Shown: one piece after another, positions 29,552 through 38,451 of the stretch
Layout of the letters: every line of letters begins with the position of its first letter
Position numbering within the stretch: position 1 is the first letter of the stretch
Origin: a virus
DNA: 64,000 nt
Virus record (IMG/VR): IMGVR_UViG_3300020391_000290
Span: 69,897 to 133,896 of that record
Direction: 5' to 3' (one strand)
Program-made: the position numbers and the translations under genes
The notes under the pieces: generated by a model
Databases searched by the model: none
What the model was told of the DNA's origin: nothing
Seen by the model: only the letters and a program-made list of their open reading frames with translations

Positions 29552-30661
29552 TTAGTCCTCATTACTTGCGGCTACGTATTTTCCAAACCTATTATAAAAC
29601 TCATCAAAGTTTTTTAGTTTATCTGGTTGAAAAGGAAGATTGTACTGGTTAATTGCAACTCTACAACCCATAACAGTCATCTCCGTTGGAAAGAAATCCA
29701 TCATAAACCTAAAGAAGTTATCTGCAAGTTTGTGCCAAGCATTAGTATCTTCTTTACCAATAGTCTCAAACGTACTCTGTAATTCATAACACATACCAAT
29801 TGTAAGTGCATACTGAGCAGATATTTCTTTTACTCTACACTCTTTTACTTTACCTGCAAGTATATCTGCTGGAAGAGGAAGATCTTTAGCATACTTTCTA
29901 TGTGTCATAAACTTTACTGCAATACCTTCTCCTACAGTACCAGCGACTAAGTCTGTAAGCTCTGCATCTGACATATCATTATCTTCACAAAATTGACTTA
30001 CAAAACTCCAACTTCTAGGAGTAGCAAAAGCATGTCCACTTGCTCTTGGATCAAAGTCAAATAAATCAGCCTTAGCAAACGAAATGTAACCAACCACATC
30101 TTCATGTATTTTATTAGTTACTGCCCAATCTAACCAAGCATCAAAGTCTGCTCTGATTTCAACGTGTACAAATCTATTTGCTAACGGAGTAGGCATTCTA
30201 TAAGTAACACCTTTATCGGATTCTCTATTACCTGCCGCAACCAATTTTACGTTTTTAGGTAACACATATTGACCAACTTTTTTGTTTAGTATCAACTGAT
30301 ATAAAGCAGCCTGTACACTCTGTGCTGCACTATTCAACTCATCAAATAATATAACAATGTTATCATATTCTGCGGCTTCTTTTTCAGTTGGGAAATCTAC
30401 AGGAGGTAACCAAACCATCCTATTATTTGCTAAGTCCGGAGCAGGAAAACCTCTAACGTCTGTAGGGTCTAATAGTGCTGCTCTAATATCAATTAGTTTA
30501 GCATTGCCTAATTCACCACTGTCAACAATATATTGACACATCTCAGACTTACCAACACCGGGAGGACCCCAAATAAAAACTGGTCTGTCTTTTTTAATTG
30601 CTTTAGTAACTCTGCTAACTGCTTCTTTTACTGTAATAGTTCTACTGTCTACTGCGGTCAT
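29552..30661 (-). CDS. MoxR-like AAA+ ATPase
   Basis: GPPGVGKS, LFDELN, AAGNR, PLANRF, TPRSW. Confidence 0.9.
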   Translation of the reverse strand: MTAVDSRTITVKEAVSRVTKAIKKDRPVFIWGPPGVGKSEMCQYIVDSGELGNAKLIDIRAALLDPTDVRGFPAPDLANNRMVWLPPVDFPTEKEAAEYDNIVILFDELNSAAQSVQAALYQLILNKKVGQYVLPKNVKLVAAGNRESDKGVTYRMPTPLANRFVHVEIRADFDAWLDWAVTNKIHEDVVGYISFAKADLFDFDPRASGHAFATPRSWSFVSQFCEDNDMSDAELTDLVAGTVGEGIAVKFMTHRKYAKDLPLPADILAGKVKECRVKEISAQYALTIGMCYELQSTFETIGKEDTNAWHKLADNFFRFMMDFFPTEMTVMGCRVAINQYNLPFQPDKLKNFDEFYNRFGKYVAASNED

Positions 30662-30693
30662 ACTCGACTCTCCTTTTGTTTAACTATAACTTT

Positions 30694-30721
30694 ATAATAA
30701 CACCATTTTGCTTAGTGTCAA
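30694..30721 (-). promoter_or_regulatory. early-type promoter (16-nt spacer class)
   Basis: GG-TTGACA-16-TATTAT with TG extension. Confidence 0.7.
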
Positions 30722-30722
30722 C

Positions 30723-30860
30723 CTATTCTTTATATTTTCCTGTTTTTACTTTACAACCTAAATTAATATAGTTGTTTCTTAGGAAAATAACTTGTCTTGG
30801 TTTTAGGTATTCCCAAACCATAAGTTCTTTATTTGGCATTGCAATTTCTAACCAATACAT
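30723..30860 (-). CDS. 45-aa hypothetical protein (not in ORF track)
   Basis: MYWLEIAMPNKELMVWEYL...GKYKE*, starts 2 nt after upstream stop. Confidence 0.55.
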   Translation of the reverse strand: MYWLEIAMPNKELMVWEYLKPRQVIFLRNNYINLGCKVKTGKYKE

Positions 30861-30861
30861 A

Positions 30862-31092
30862 CTATGCTACTAACTTCATATTAATCTTAGGGTCAAAACG
30901 TGCAATTTGTATTCCTATAACTTTATTAGCATTAGCAATATTTGCATATTTTTTATTCAATACATTTTTTACTGCAAATTCATGTGCGCCACATATTGTT
31001 GCAAATGGCATTGGACTATCGCTTTTAGGATTACACCAGACTTGTTGCACTGTACAATTTTTTAATTTTATTAAACACTTTACCATAAACAT
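30862..31092 (-). CDS. hypothetical protein
   Basis: AGGA SD, directly after a promoter. Confidence 0.55.
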   Translation of the reverse strand: MFMVKCLIKLKNCTVQQVWCNPKSDSPMPFATICGAHEFAVKNVLNKKYANIANANKVIGIQIARFDPKINMKLVA

Positions 31093-31120
31093 TTTACTAT
31101 CCTATTTCTAATTATTCTTT

Positions 31121-31148
31121 ATAGTAACATGTATTAGAGATGTGTCAA
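31121..31148 (-). promoter_or_regulatory. early-type promoter (16-nt spacer class)
   Basis: GG-TTGACA-16-TACTAT with TG extension. Confidence 0.7.
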
Positions 31149-31160
31149 CCTATTCAAGTC

Positions 31161-31192
31161 AAAAAAAACCGCCTAGTTATTACAACTAGACG
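31161..31192 (-). terminator. Rho-independent terminator
   Basis: CGTCTAGTT-GTAAT-AACTAGGCG then G and T8 on minus strand. Confidence 0.85.
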
Positions 31193-31240
31193 AACATGTT
31201 GGCGCCTTATCCCAACTTGCGAATTCTTATATAGTTTTAT

Positions 31241-31498
31241 TTATTCAATTCGTTGATCTATTGTATAAAACATGGTAAATTTAAAATAGTCTTTTGGTTC
31301 ATGGAATCTTATATCCACCCCTAAAATACTCCATCTAATGCTCCATCGATTACTTGGTTCTCCAAATGTTTCTTTCATCCAATCAAGAAATTCTCTTTTT
31401 TGTTTAGGAGATTCTGTTCTAACACCTGCAGTCACAATCCATTTCCAATGACTATCAGATAATTCTCTAGAACCCCAATTATGAAATTTTGTGAGCAT
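31241..31498 (-). CDS. hypothetical protein
   Basis: WMKETFG...RW...IRF pattern; coupled ORF. Confidence 0.6.
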   Translation of the reverse strand: MLTKFHNWGSRELSDSHWKWIVTAGVRTESPKQKREFLDWMKETFGEPSNRWSIRWSILGVDIRFHEPKDYFKFTMFYTIDQRIE

Positions 31499-31853
31499 TA
31501 ATAAACTTTTTGAAATCGTTGTTATACATTGTTAATGTAAAATATGTTTTTTTATCGAACAAAACAATACTCTTTATAATGTTTCTTACTATCTTAATAT
31601 AATACGGTGTTTTAATGTATTTGTCAAGATCCAAAAGGAATCCTGGTGTATTTTGGACGTCTTCTAGTTTTATTTCAAAATATTCTAATTCTAATGTATC
31701 TATACAATGTATACAACCCTGTTGGGTCAATCTAAATCCGCCATCTCTTCTTTGATTTTGCCACCATACTATGTATGCTTCATTGAATTGTATTTTGTGT
31801 CCATCTGGATCATTTTCTTTAAATGCAATAGTATATTGATCTTTAGTTCGCAT
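31479..31853 (-). CDS. hypothetical protein
   Basis: WWQNQRRDGGFRLTQQG...LDKYIKTPYYI. Confidence 0.7.
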   Translation of the reverse strand: MRTKDQYTIAFKENDPDGHKIQFNEAYIVWWQNQRRDGGFRLTQQGCIHCIDTLELEYFEIKLEDVQNTPGFLLDLDKYIKTPYYIKIVRNIIKSIVLFDKKTYFTLTMYNNDFKKFINAHKIS

Positions 31854-31854
31854 A

Positions 31855-32154
31855 TTAAGGATAAATTTGTGTGCCTTTATCTAAAACAACAACTGTAAAT
31901 TGATCTGTACTAAATTGTTTGTTTAGTTTTTTTGCTAAATTTATAGCATGTCCTGGATTGCTAAAAGAAACCTTTTTATATTTAGGTCCGGGATAGCTTA
32001 TTAGCATATTAAATGTTTTTAAATTTATTGGCTTTTTTTCGTAGTACACCGCCCAGATACCTTGACTTGCTAAAACTTGCTCAGTCTTATAGGTCTCTTT
32101 CTCAACTTTTTCTAAAATTACAGTGGGTTTAGGTCTACTCATTTCTGTTCTCAC
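31855..32154 (-). CDS. hypothetical protein (start probably MSRPKP)
   Basis: GPKYKKVSFSNPGHAINLAKKLN. Confidence 0.7.
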   Translation of the reverse strand: MRTEMSRPKPTVILEKVEKETYKTEQVLASQGIWAVYYEKKPINLKTFNMLISYPGPKYKKVSFSNPGHAINLAKKLNKQFSTDQFTVVVLDKGTQIYP

Positions 32155-32205
32155 TTAATTATATGCTACTATTATTTAGCCAGAAATGTACGTAGTTAAT
32201 GATTT

Positions 32206-32418
32206 TTAAAACGTATCTCCGTCTAGCTCGACCTCTATTACGTTGTTTTGTTTATCTTGTAATTGTATAATTTTATCTTGTAACTGTGTAATGTATTCTA
32301 GCATTCTGGTGTACTCGTTTGCAATAGATCTAGCATCATTATTAGACACAGTGTAGTTTTCTTTCCTTAAATTAATACAACCATGTGCAAATTTATCTAA
32401 CATAGGAAATTTAGGCAT
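32206..32418 (-). CDS. hypothetical protein
   Basis: Coupled ORF with short coiled coil. Confidence 0.6.
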   Translation of the reverse strand: MPKFPMLDKFAHGCINLRKENYTVSNNDARSIANEYTRMLEYITQLQDKIIQLQDKQNNVIEVELDGDTF

Positions 32419-32878
32419 TTGCTCTTCTTAGTGTTTCTTGCATTTCCATTTTTGTTTTAAATGGTCCATCATAAGTATATCGACTTAGTGTAATAAGTTT
32501 AGGACAATAACTAGGACTATGACTTCCATCCTCCCAATGCACAACATAATATCCTGCACAAAAGAAACTTTGACTATCATTTGTCTTTGTATATAGAGGA
32601 AGTTTACGTTTTAAATCATATATAGGATTGTAAGGTTTAGTTTTACAATCATATCCATGTACTTCGAATGTTTGCTTATCTTGTTTTACAATTTCTTTTC
32701 CGGTAAAATCTACTTTTACTTTTTTTTGAAGTTCAGATAACTTTGTAAATGTTTGGTTTTGTTTTCCAACTGTAAGTGTTACACCATTTTCATTACTACG
32801 TATAGTGCCTACCTTTTGTCCATTATCTTCAAGTATCCAAAACTTATCTTGTAATACAGGTTTAGCTACAAATTGCAT
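32411..32878 (-). CDS. hypothetical protein
   Basis: Start re-assigned to MQFVAKP (GGAGGAG SD); LPLYTK...CAGYY...CPKLITL...GPFKT. Confidence 0.7.
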   Translation of the reverse strand: MQFVAKPVLQDKFWILEDNGQKVGTIRSNENGVTLTVGKQNQTFTKLSELQKKVKVDFTGKEIVKQDKQTFEVHGYDCKTKPYNPIYDLKRKLPLYTKTNDSQSFFCAGYYVVHWEDGSHSPSYCPKLITLSRYTYDGPFKTKMEMQETLRRANA

Positions 32879-33869
32879 TATGCTCCTCCGGGTAATTTTT
32901 CTGTAATAATTCTGCAAATTGTGTAGCATTTTCTGCGATACGTTGCATATCCCATTTGCCACAGAATTTCATAAAATGTGCACCTACCATAGAGCGATTT
33001 TTAGCTTGTAAATGTTTATCTATCATTTCATCTACATAGTCACGTATTTCTATAGGTTGTGCAGTAAGATCGACTAGTGTAACGTTACGTTCATAGTCAT
33101 CTAATACTCTATGTTCTTCACCGTTATGATCTATCCAACGTTGTAACATAAGATTGTTCCAATTAAAACCTTTAGTATCTTTATCAGCATAGGCTTCTAT
33201 AAGTCCTACTTTTTTAGCACTTCCTTTTTCTCTAACCCCGGGATATGCACTAAAAACATTATCAGTAGGATCTCCTCGCATACACTTTTTAAACAATTGA
33301 TAGTCTGGAGTAACAGGTATCTTATGTTGTTTAGTTTTTTTATCTATAACAGGCTTACCTTTGTCATCATATACACCATCTAGTCTAATTGTTTCTTTCG
33401 TAATACCGTTATATTGATGTACTTTATCTGTAAGTAATTGTACAAAATCAGTATCACTACTAACGATTACATGTTCATCTGTAGGGTGTTTAGCAATAAA
33501 ACGTGCAATGATATCATCTGCTTCTGCTATAGGGCATTTTATAGTACTACAATTTGTACGTTCATTCATAAACTTTAAGAAGTCATCATATGCTTCAAAA
33601 AATGCAGTATCTTCTTCTACTTCTTTAGGAGTAAGACTTGCACGTTTATCACTACGATTCTTTTTATATGGAGTGTAAAAGTCTTTACGCCAACTACGTC
33701 CTTCTAGTGCAAATACAACATGATCTGCATTAAATTGTTTGTAACATTTGTTAATTGCATTCAATGTAATATGTATTGCCATACCAACTTTTTCACTTAC
33801 ATCTCCACGTACTACATGTCTAGCACGAAAGAAAGTATTCATTGTATCTACAAGTAAGTAAGTAGCCAT
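32862..33869 (-). CDS. rnh: T4-type RNase H / 5'-3' exonuclease
   Basis: LLVD-MN-FFR, SWRK, YKKNR, EADDII, SSDTDFVQL, RGDPTDNV. Confidence 0.88.
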   Translation of the reverse strand: MATYLLVDTMNTFFRARHVVRGDVSEKVGMAIHITLNAINKCYKQFNADHVVFALEGRSWRKDFYTPYKKNRSDKRASLTPKEVEEDTAFFEAYDDFLKFMNERTNCSTIKCPIAEADDIIARFIAKHPTDEHVIVSSDTDFVQLLTDKVHQYNGITKETIRLDGVYDDKGKPVIDKKTKQHKIPVTPDYQLFKKCMRGDPTDNVFSAYPGVREKGSAKKVGLIEAYADKDTKGFNWNNLMLQRWIDHNGEEHRVLDDYERNVTLVDLTAQPIEIRDYVDEMIDKHLQAKNRSMVGAHFMKFCGKWDMQRIAENATQFAELLQKNYPEEHNAICS

Positions 33870-33871
33870 TT

Positions 33872-34642
33872 TTACCTCATAGTTGTTTTATTAACTTTAC
33901 TAACTATACTACGTATAGGCATATCTGTCAACCCAGTCTTAATATTATACTGAGCTTTTACTTTTTCTAGTAAGTATAAAAAATAATCATTATGTGCATC
34001 AGCTCCATAATGATAACCATTATTTCTGTTTTTAAAACCTTTACGTTTGCAATAGTAATAAAATGTTTCTCTTTGGTCGTAAGGACTTATGAATTGATCA
34101 TGCCAATCTAATTCTTTGTCAATCATATCAAAATGTAAATAAGTATTAAAAAATAAATGTTTTATGTTTTGTTCTCTTAGTTCCAAATGAAATTCATATA
34201 TTTTATCATGCCATATTTTAGTTTTTTCATCTAAAACTTTTTCGGTTTGTTGTTCAACCCAATTTTTATAATCATCTTTTAGTTCTTCTGGAACTGAATC
34301 TGTACCACCGGCAGATATCTGTACATATCCGTCTTCATATTTCCATTCAGTCCTTTCAAATGTTGCCCACCCAATTATAATAAACATATCTTTTTTGTTT
34401 TTTGTTTCCGCGATTACTTTTTTAGTAGTACGTAAAATACGGGTATTACTACTTGCACTTTCCGCATCTAAAAAGAAAGGTTGGTTTAATGCAGAAGCAA
34501 GTTTATAACCGAATGTATAAGGTATATTTTCAGGGTGTGGCCTTTTTCCTAAAGCAGTAAATCTACGGTCATCTTCTGCAAAACAGTAATTGTTAATTAT
34601 TTCTGCGCCTGCACTATGACTATCGCCATTTACGTATATCAC
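33872..34642 (-). CDS. SGNH-like hypothetical protein
   Basis: YVNGDSHSAG, SSNTRILR, IIGW, YHYGADAH. Confidence 0.55.
   Translation of the reverse strand: MIYVNGDSHSAGAEIINNYCFAEDDRRFTALGKRPHPENIPYTFGYKLASALNQPFFLDAESASSNTRILRTTKKVIAETKNKKDMFIIIGWATFERTEWKYEDGYVQISAGGTDSVPEELKDDYKNWVEQQTEKVLDEKTKIWHDKIYEFHLELREQNIKHLFFNTYLHFDMIDKELDWHDQFISPYDQRETFYYYCKRKGFKNRNNGYHYGADAHNDYFLYLLEKVKAQYNIKTGLTDMPIRSIVSKVNKTTMR
33903..33931 (-). promoter_or_regulatory. sigma70-type promoter for rnh, inside upstream gene
   Basis: TTGACA-17-TATAGT. Confidence 0.6.
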
Positions 34643-34995
34643 TTGTAGGCTTTTCTAGCATCGTCAATGTTTTCGACATTAGTTTGTGCTTGTTCTTTTT
34701 CATAACTTTCTAAGACTATATTGCGACAAACATCTTGAAACCAATTGTCTACAATGTCGTTATCTGTTTTGCCTTGATATCCAGAACGTATAAGTTTAGC
34801 TACAAATATATCATTCCAATCTAATTCAAATGCACCTCTATCCATATTGTCTTTTTCAAGTTCCATACTAAGCACACTTACCCACGGTTCTCCTGATTCA
34901 GTTGCTATTTCTTTTTCTGTTTTTTTAGCTTTTGTTTTTGATTTTTTAAGAGGCTCTTTATTTCCTAAAACTGCTTTTTTTATTTTATCAAACAT
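34639..34995 (-). CDS. hypothetical protein
   Basis: EPWVSV...GAFELDWN...GY...IVDNWF. Confidence 0.7.
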   Translation of the reverse strand: MFDKIKKAVLGNKEPLKKSKTKAKKTEKEIATESGEPWVSVLSMELEKDNMDRGAFELDWNDIFVAKLIRSGYQGKTDNDIVDNWFQDVCRNIVLESYEKEQAQTNVENIDDARKAYK

Positions 34996-35531
34996 TATTT
35001 TACTTTCTTTAGTGAGAAAAACTTCTTTGCTCTATCCAAATACTTTTCCCATTCTTCTAACTCTATATCATATTCAAAGTTTTGACTAGTTTCGTTAACC
35101 TGTAGTTCTTTTGCTCCATTTGCAAGATGAAAATTACGTGCCATATCTGTAAGTGGTGATAGTGTAACAAGTCTATTTAAGTTGTTAGATTTTTTAACCA
35201 TTTTATATACTTCATTTACAATCTTACGACCACCGCCACGTTTTATTGCCCATACTGTATATGCAATTGCAATTGATCCTTGTATACCTGCTTTATGTAT
35301 ACTTGACATATGTGCGGCTTTGCTCATTTGATCCATCTCTTCAACAGTAGTAGGGACATCATCTGTAAATGCAAAACACATTACTGCACATATATCACCT
35401 TCTGGATCTCTTAATCCAAATATTTTTCTACCTTCTGAAGTTCTAAATTTAATATCTAATTCTGGTCTTACAGGGTCTTTAGACAAATCAATATTATCTA
35501 GTTCTTCAAGTACATATTTTGGTTTAAACAT
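34995..35531 (-). CDS. GNAT-fold-like hypothetical protein
   Basis: Start re-assigned to MFKPKY just after queE stop; AYTVW...RGGGRKI, LVTLSP, FHLANGA. Confidence 0.5.
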   Translation of the reverse strand: MFKPKYVLEELDNIDLSKDPVRPELDIKFRTSEGRKIFGLRDPEGDICAVMCFAFTDDVPTTVEEMDQMSKAAHMSSIHKAGIQGSIAIAYTVWAIKRGGGRKIVNEVYKMVKKSNNLNRLVTLSPLTDMARNFHLANGAKELQVNETSQNFEYDIELEEWEKYLDRAKKFFSLKKVK

Positions 35532-35532
35532 T

Positions 35533-36510
35533 TTATGTACCCCAGGCATTTCCAAAGAGCGAGATATGTAATCGTGGAGTGAACCTCCAACCTCTTTCCA
35601 TGCAAAGGTTCGCAACTTCTTGGACATTGAGGTTGTACTCTTCAGACCTGCCACCCAATGGCATGAGATACACAGGGCAATCCAAGCCTGCTCTGCGATA
35701 TTCACTGACAGCTCTACCAGCCTCATCAATATCGGTCCTGTCAGCGACAACAAACTTGAGGTAAATGTCACTGCCGTCCACACTAGCATAATCACTAGCC
35801 ACTTGAGGCTTAATAGCAGTCTCCCAAGGTTCTCCTGAAACTGAAAGTTTTGGGGAACAACTCCAAGTGACTGTAAATCTATCCTGCTGGTTAAGGTAGT
35901 CTTTAAAATCTTTGTGTAAAAATTGTGTAGTGTTTGTTTCAAACGTAACATTTTTTAAGTCTTTCATTTTTGGATGTTCGAATAAATCGATATACATACG
36001 TTGCCATGCAAGTAAAGGTTCACCTCCTGTCATAATTAAATGTATATCTTGTCCGTTCCCCATAGTCCATTTACCTTCTGGCAATAAACTAATTAGGTGC
36101 TCAACGACTTCTGGTATTGTCCTAAGCATATTAAATTCTTTAAATTCAGGATAGATACTTGCATATGTATCGCAACCTGTGTGTATTATAGGCAAATCAG
36201 TAAACTGCTTTGTATTTTTATGTACGTTATTGTCTAGTAAGCCTTTTACTTCTTCGTTATATCTTATGCCAGCCTTTTGTTTTTCATCTCTCATGAGTTC
36301 AGTACGAGGTAGACCAAAGTTCATACAACGAAAGTTACAACCGAATGTACGTAAGAATACACTAGGTACTCCTACAAACTTGCCTTCACCTTGTACACTA
36401 TAAAATGCTTCACTGTATCTAAGTTTTGCTTCTTTTTTTACTACAGGTTTTGGTACGTCTGTTACACCTGCTTGTTCAAATTTAAATTGAAAAGGTAAAT
36501 CAGTATTCAT
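35533..36510 (-). CDS. queE: 7-carboxy-7-deazaguanine synthase (radical SAM)
   Basis: EAFYSVQGEG, FLRTFGCNFRC...GCDT, TGGEPL, FETN, SPKL, LKFVV, PRLH. Confidence 0.9.
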   Translation of the reverse strand: MNTDLPFQFKFEQAGVTDVPKPVVKKEAKLRYSEAFYSVQGEGKFVGVPSVFLRTFGCNFRCMNFGLPRTELMRDEKQKAGIRYNEEVKGLLDNNVHKNTKQFTDLPIIHTGCDTYASIYPEFKEFNMLRTIPEVVEHLISLLPEGKWTMGNGQDIHLIMTGGEPLLAWQRMYIDLFEHPKMKDLKNVTFETNTTQFLHKDFKDYLNQQDRFTVTWSCSPKLSVSGEPWETAIKPQVASDYASVDGSDIYLKFVVADRTDIDEAGRAVSEYRRAGLDCPVYLMPLGGRSEEYNLNVQEVANLCMERGWRFTPRLHISLFGNAWGT

Positions 36511-37348
36511 AAATTAACTTTCTTAATTGTGTTGTTGTCTTGGGCCATTTATTTAATTCATAGCATTTAATTTCATAACCTCTGTCACGTAATCTACGTT
36601 GTATTTCTACTTGATCCATTAGAGTGCAATTTTCCATAACTATATTTACATCTTTTATTATAGCATCTACATAAGAATTAATCAACCTGTCCTTATATAA
36701 GTAAGGTTCATTATTGATCCAATCCTTATGTAATAATTTTATTTCTGAATCTGTCCTTATATTTTTAATATCTAACCAATCTGTTAAATTGTTTATAGTT
36801 TGTAAAAAATTGTCTCTTAATTCATTTATTTGTATTAGAAAAGTTTTATCTTGTTTAAGATTTATTAATTCTTTGTAACCTGTTTGACTTTGTGTTTGTT
36901 CATATGTCCACAAACTTAAAAATTCACGAAGCTCCCATGTACTTTTGCCTTTACCCTTCCATTCGGATAATCCTGGTAATCCATTTTTTTGATTTTCATG
37001 TTGTATCCAGCCTTCTTTTCGTATTTTAGTTTGTCTGTTATTTAACCACCAAACCCAGTCATTTGGGCCTGGGTATAATGAAACAATTTTATCATATACA
37101 ACAAATAGTCTCTCGTAGGCTTTTTTCATGGTATCACCTACTTCAGTAATTGGATGAAGTATACAGCAATCAATAGGATTTGAAATTGCACCGTCTACGT
37201 TAATTCTATGTGTATTATCCCAACTATGACTTGTGTTAGTATTTTTATTGAAGGGTCTATATTCTAATGGGTATTGGCCTTGTAACCAATGTAATGTCCA
37301 GGCAACAAAATTGCCATAACATCCTCCTGGAAATGTTATACAATACAC
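36500..37348 (-). CDS. hypothetical protein (possible sulfotransferase-like)
   Basis: TFPGGCYGNFV N-terminus, WELREFLS. Confidence 0.6.
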   Translation of the reverse strand: MYCITFPGGCYGNFVAWTLHWLQGQYPLEYRPFNKNTNTSHSWDNTHRINVDGAISNPIDCCILHPITEVGDTMKKAYERLFVVYDKIVSLYPGPNDWVWWLNNRQTKIRKEGWIQHENQKNGLPGLSEWKGKGKSTWELREFLSLWTYEQTQSQTGYKELINLKQDKTFLIQINELRDNFLQTINNLTDWLDIKNIRTDSEIKLLHKDWINNEPYLYKDRLINSYVDAIIKDVNIVMENCTLMDQVEIQRRLRDRGYEIKCYELNKWPKTTTQLRKLIYEY

Positions 37349-37803
37349 TACTCAATATCTCGTCTGTAGATTGCACTATTTGCACCATGTTCACTACACT
37401 CCACCTCAACTACAAAGCATCTTCCAGTTGTTTCTTTCTTTATATGTGCATCAGCAAATTCAAATGCATGTTTTGCAAACATTTCTGCACCAACACCATC
37501 CATCATAGTGACTTCACATAAACCTTTTTTCTCTAGTTCATAAAAGTCTTCCATATGTGGGTCTTGACTATCAATTACAACCTTATGATCAAACTGTTCT
37601 TCAAGCCATGCTTTTATAGGCTTCAGTCCACCAAAGTCTACTGCCCAGTTTTTATTATCTAGTGTATGACAACCAAATGTAAATTTAAATCCTAAACTAT
37701 AACCATGCAATAAATTACAATGCGAATGATCCGCATTAGGTTGTCTAAATACTGCACTTAATCCTATATTGTGTCCATATGTTTTTGTGCTATAAAAAGC
37801 CAT
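37348..37803 (-). CDS. queD: 6-carboxy-5,6,7,8-tetrahydropterin synthase
   Basis: HCNLLHGY, VDFG, FDHK, GAE, E-SEH-ANSA. Confidence 0.9.
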   Translation of the reverse strand: MAFYSTKTYGHNIGLSAVFRQPNADHSHCNLLHGYSLGFKFTFGCHTLDNKNWAVDFGGLKPIKAWLEEQFDHKVVIDSQDPHMEDFYELEKKGLCEVTMMDGVGAEMFAKHAFEFADAHIKKETTGRCFVVEVECSEHGANSAIYRRDIE

Positions 37804-37860
37804 TATATTCTCCTATTGTTGTGGGCGGAATATTTAAAGACGGACGAACCTAAGACGTCT
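37804..37860 (-). ncRNA. candidate preQ1-I-like riboswitch in queD leader
   Basis: AGACG-UCUUAGGUUCGUC-CGUCU-UUAAAUAUUCC...UAGGAG; starts at predicted TSS. Confidence 0.4.
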
Positions 37861-37866
37861 ATATAC

Positions 37867-37895
37867 ATTTTATGATTTTTTGTTTATCTTGTCAA
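37867..37895 (-). promoter_or_regulatory. sigma70-type promoter for queD
   Basis: TTGACA-17-TAAAAT. Confidence 0.75.
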
Positions 37896-38451
37896 GATGT
37901 TTTTGCCAAGCATCATGTTTAACAGATTGTATTGCAATTATACTACGAAGTTCTCCACAATTCCGTTGAGGGCCTTTTCCAATATGTGGGTTGCTTCCAT
38001 CAAAAACAATTAGTTTGCCTGCTTTTACTTTACTTATCTCTAAATAGTCAAGGTTTTCTCTATCATAAACAATAGTTTCTCCACCCCAATTATCTTCCCA
38101 TTTTGTATTAAGATATAAAACTCCGGTGAGGCTTTCGCCTGGAACTTGCCAATCATCGTGGACATCACCGTCTTGTCCATATGTATTTCCGGATAACATT
38201 ATACGAACCATTTTATACTCATCACCAATAAGTTCATTCCAAGCTCTAACAAGTTCTTTTAAGTCTGGATTATCTACTTTCCATTTATCCGCAAAAGTAT
38301 CATAGAACGCTTGGAACCACATTGGATAAATTGTGTCGTTATTAGATTTTTGACCAAATCTCCAATTTGGTTGAACTACAGTTTGGTGCCATATTGCTCC
38401 TACACCTCCATGACTTAGCCAGTCTGGATATTCTTTAATTAATTTATTCAT
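37870..38451 (-). CDS. 2OG-Fe(II) oxygenase (prolyl-hydroxylase-like)
   Basis: GDVHDD, VLYLN-W-WGGET, FDGSNPH, LRSII; start MNKLIKE. Confidence 0.8.
   Translation of the reverse strand: MNKLIKEYPDWLSHGGVGAIWHQTVVQPNWRFGQKSNNDTIYPMWFQAFYDTFADKWKVDNPDLKELVRAWNELIGDEYKMVRIMLSGNTYGQDGDVHDDWQVPGESLTGVLYLNTKWEDNWGGETIVYDRENLDYLEISKVKAGKLIVFDGSNPHIGKGPQRNCGELRSIIAIQSVKHDAWQKHLDKINKKS

Noticed and set aside
35532-35951. N-terminal 139 codons of the 318-aa ORF overlapping queE
   Set aside because: Alternate-frame read-through of queE; plausible ATG at 35531 right after the queE stop
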